A stretch of DNA of 64,000 bases from the human T2T-CHM13v2.0 reference genome, Homo sapiens. Positions 62,249-64,000 of the stretch are shown here, one piece after another. Position 1 is the stretch's first letter; every line of letters starts with the position of its first letter. The position numbers were made by a program, and so were the translations under genes. The stretch lies in NCBI RefSeq assembly GCF_009914755.1, contig NC_060928.1; one strand, written 5' to 3'. The notes beneath the pieces were generated by a model that saw nothing but the letters and a program-made list of their open reading frames with translations, was not told where the DNA came from and ran no database searches.

Positions 62249-62664
62249 GAATGTTGTCACTTTAAAAGTCCCACTCACTGTCTTCAAGGTGCAGTTCAGT
62301 GGCCCTTCCTCTGAGAGGCTTTGCTGGGCGCCTCCAGCTGAGTTGGCTGCTGCCTGCTTCTCAGGTGTGTTAGAAAGAGCACAGGAGATCTGACTTTACC
62401 ACCCGCCAACCGTGTGACCAGGACAGGCTCTGGGCTCAGTTTTCTTCTCTGAATAATGAGAATCAGAATACATGCTGTAGAGAGTGGTAATGAAGCTTCA
62501 ATAACATTTCATTTGAAAGTACTTTGTGACCATTTGGGTTTTCTGCAGAATGTAAGATTTGATTAATCTTTACAACATTTTTCCTGACTTCTTCTCTAGC
62601 CTTTCTGTCCTCCTCTCTTCATTCATTCAACCAGGTTTTTCCTGAGCAGTTAGGGACAGTCACT

Positions 62665-62880
62665 GCAGTGCTTAGGTACATGGACTCTAGGACCAAACTG
62701 CCTGAGTTTAAATCTCTGTTCTACACTTAATAGTCGTATTACTTTGGTATTTAAGCTTACTTTGCCTCAGCTTTCTGATCTGTAAAATCGAAACAGTAAT
62801 AGCACCTTATCCTTTGGGTTATTGTGAGGGTTACATGAATTAATATATGTAATTATTTTAGAACCTTCTGCCTGTACCTA
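62665..62880 (+). mobile_element. MIR
   Basis: ggactctag..ccaaactgcctgagtttaaatc...gcctcagctttctgatctgtaaaat. Confidence 0.8.
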
Positions 62881-62884
62881 TTAC

Positions 62885-63010
62885 CACTAGAATGTATGTT
62901 CTGTATAAGGGCAGAGATTTTTTGTTGCTGTTTTTCATGACTGTAACTCAGTGCCAAGAGCAGTGCCTGGAAATAATGGGCACTTAATAAACATTTGTCA
63001 AATAAACTAG
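62885..63010 (+). mobile_element. LINE-2 3' tail
   Basis: cactagaatgta...gggcagaga...cagtgcctgg...cacttaataaacatttg. Confidence 0.75.
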
Positions 63011-63192
63011 TAAATATGATAAACCTTGTGGAGAAAAAAATTAAAAAGACAAAGAATGAAATTATATAATGAATGCTTTTATTAAAGTATGGTAAATATT
63101 GTATCATCCTTTTCAAGTTGCCATGAAGGGTTGCAGTAAAAATTTATGGAGATAAGATTCCTGATGGAAAAAGTATCTTTGAAAATCAAAGG

Positions 63193-63300
63193 GCCTGTAA
63201 TCCCAGCACTTTGGGAGGCCAAGGTGAGAGGATCACTTGAGGCCAGGAGTTCTAGACCAGCCTGAGCAACATAGCAAAATCCCATCTCTACAAAAAATTT
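63193..63300 (+). mobile_element. Alu left-arm fragment
   Basis: gcctgtaatcccagcactttgggagg...catctctacaaaaaa. Confidence 0.9.
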
Positions 63301-64000
63301 AAAACTAAAAAGAAAATCAAAGTTTACTAAACGATGAGGTTGTTAAGAATTGGGATTATGTCTTCGTATGATTTTGGATCCATAGCACCTAACTTGATTC
63401 CTAATATCTAGTAGAAGATCAAGAAATGAAGGAACAAATGAGTGAATGAATGGATGAGGGTCTACACTCTGGAAGATTGACTGGAGGAAATGTCATCCAT
63501 CCACTATTTTTTGAATTTCTTGTCAGTTAGCTAGCAAATACCATCGCTGAGCAAAATGATCTCAGTGGGTTGCCTAAAGAATCACCTTCATGGAGTCGGT
63601 CTTTTACGTCTTACACTATGCTATTTTTTTTAAGTCAAGGATGATACTATGAAAGAAAACCATATGGAGTCGTTACTGCATTTATTACAGAAGTTTTCAG
63701 GGGAGTCCCATTTCAGTGTTGTTCGAAGAATGCTCTGTTTGAGAACTTCCTTTTAAAATTCAGGGCCAGGATAACTTTGCCTTCCTGAGGCACTGTATGC
63801 CTCTCCCTTTTTGCTGATGAGAAGGATGGGACTAACTGGGTCTCTCTTTTCATTTTGAGTGCCTGGGGCCCCAGAGTCAAACTTGAAGTTCAGTGATGGC
63901 ATACATGTATGTGTCTTTCATTTTAGTAGTCTTGAATTTCTACTCTCATTTAAAATATTTTCCCTGCCTGGATTTTTTAATTTCTACCAATGTTTTGCTG

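Overview
This is primate genomic DNA, most likely human or another ape, and no protein-coding exon can be confidently supported. It looks like a long intron or intergenic stretch; antisense-biased L1 remnants weakly suggest a host transcript on the + strand. The window holds about 47 Alu-family elements (FAM, FLAM, FRAM-like, AluJ, AluS, AluY), many L2/MIR/old L1 remnants, a probable HAL1, MaLR LTRs, two ERV1-type solo LTRs and DNA-transposon fossils. It also has a complete LTR13 (HERV-K HML-4) solo LTR with a 6-bp TSD, a short young L1PA 3' insertion and a tailless 5S rRNA retropseudogene. The ORF track is almost entirely repeat-derived or chance ORFs. The best leads are a ~110-nt near-perfect fold-back hairpin at 20168-20280, a frame-preserving candidate exon across an LTR junction, the 5S retrocopy, and several unusual Alu structures (trimer, hybrid monomer, 26-bp TSD, reused target site, internal insertion). 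I found no convincing novel multi-gene system. Subfamily names come from recalled consensus motifs, and most repeat boundaries are approximate.
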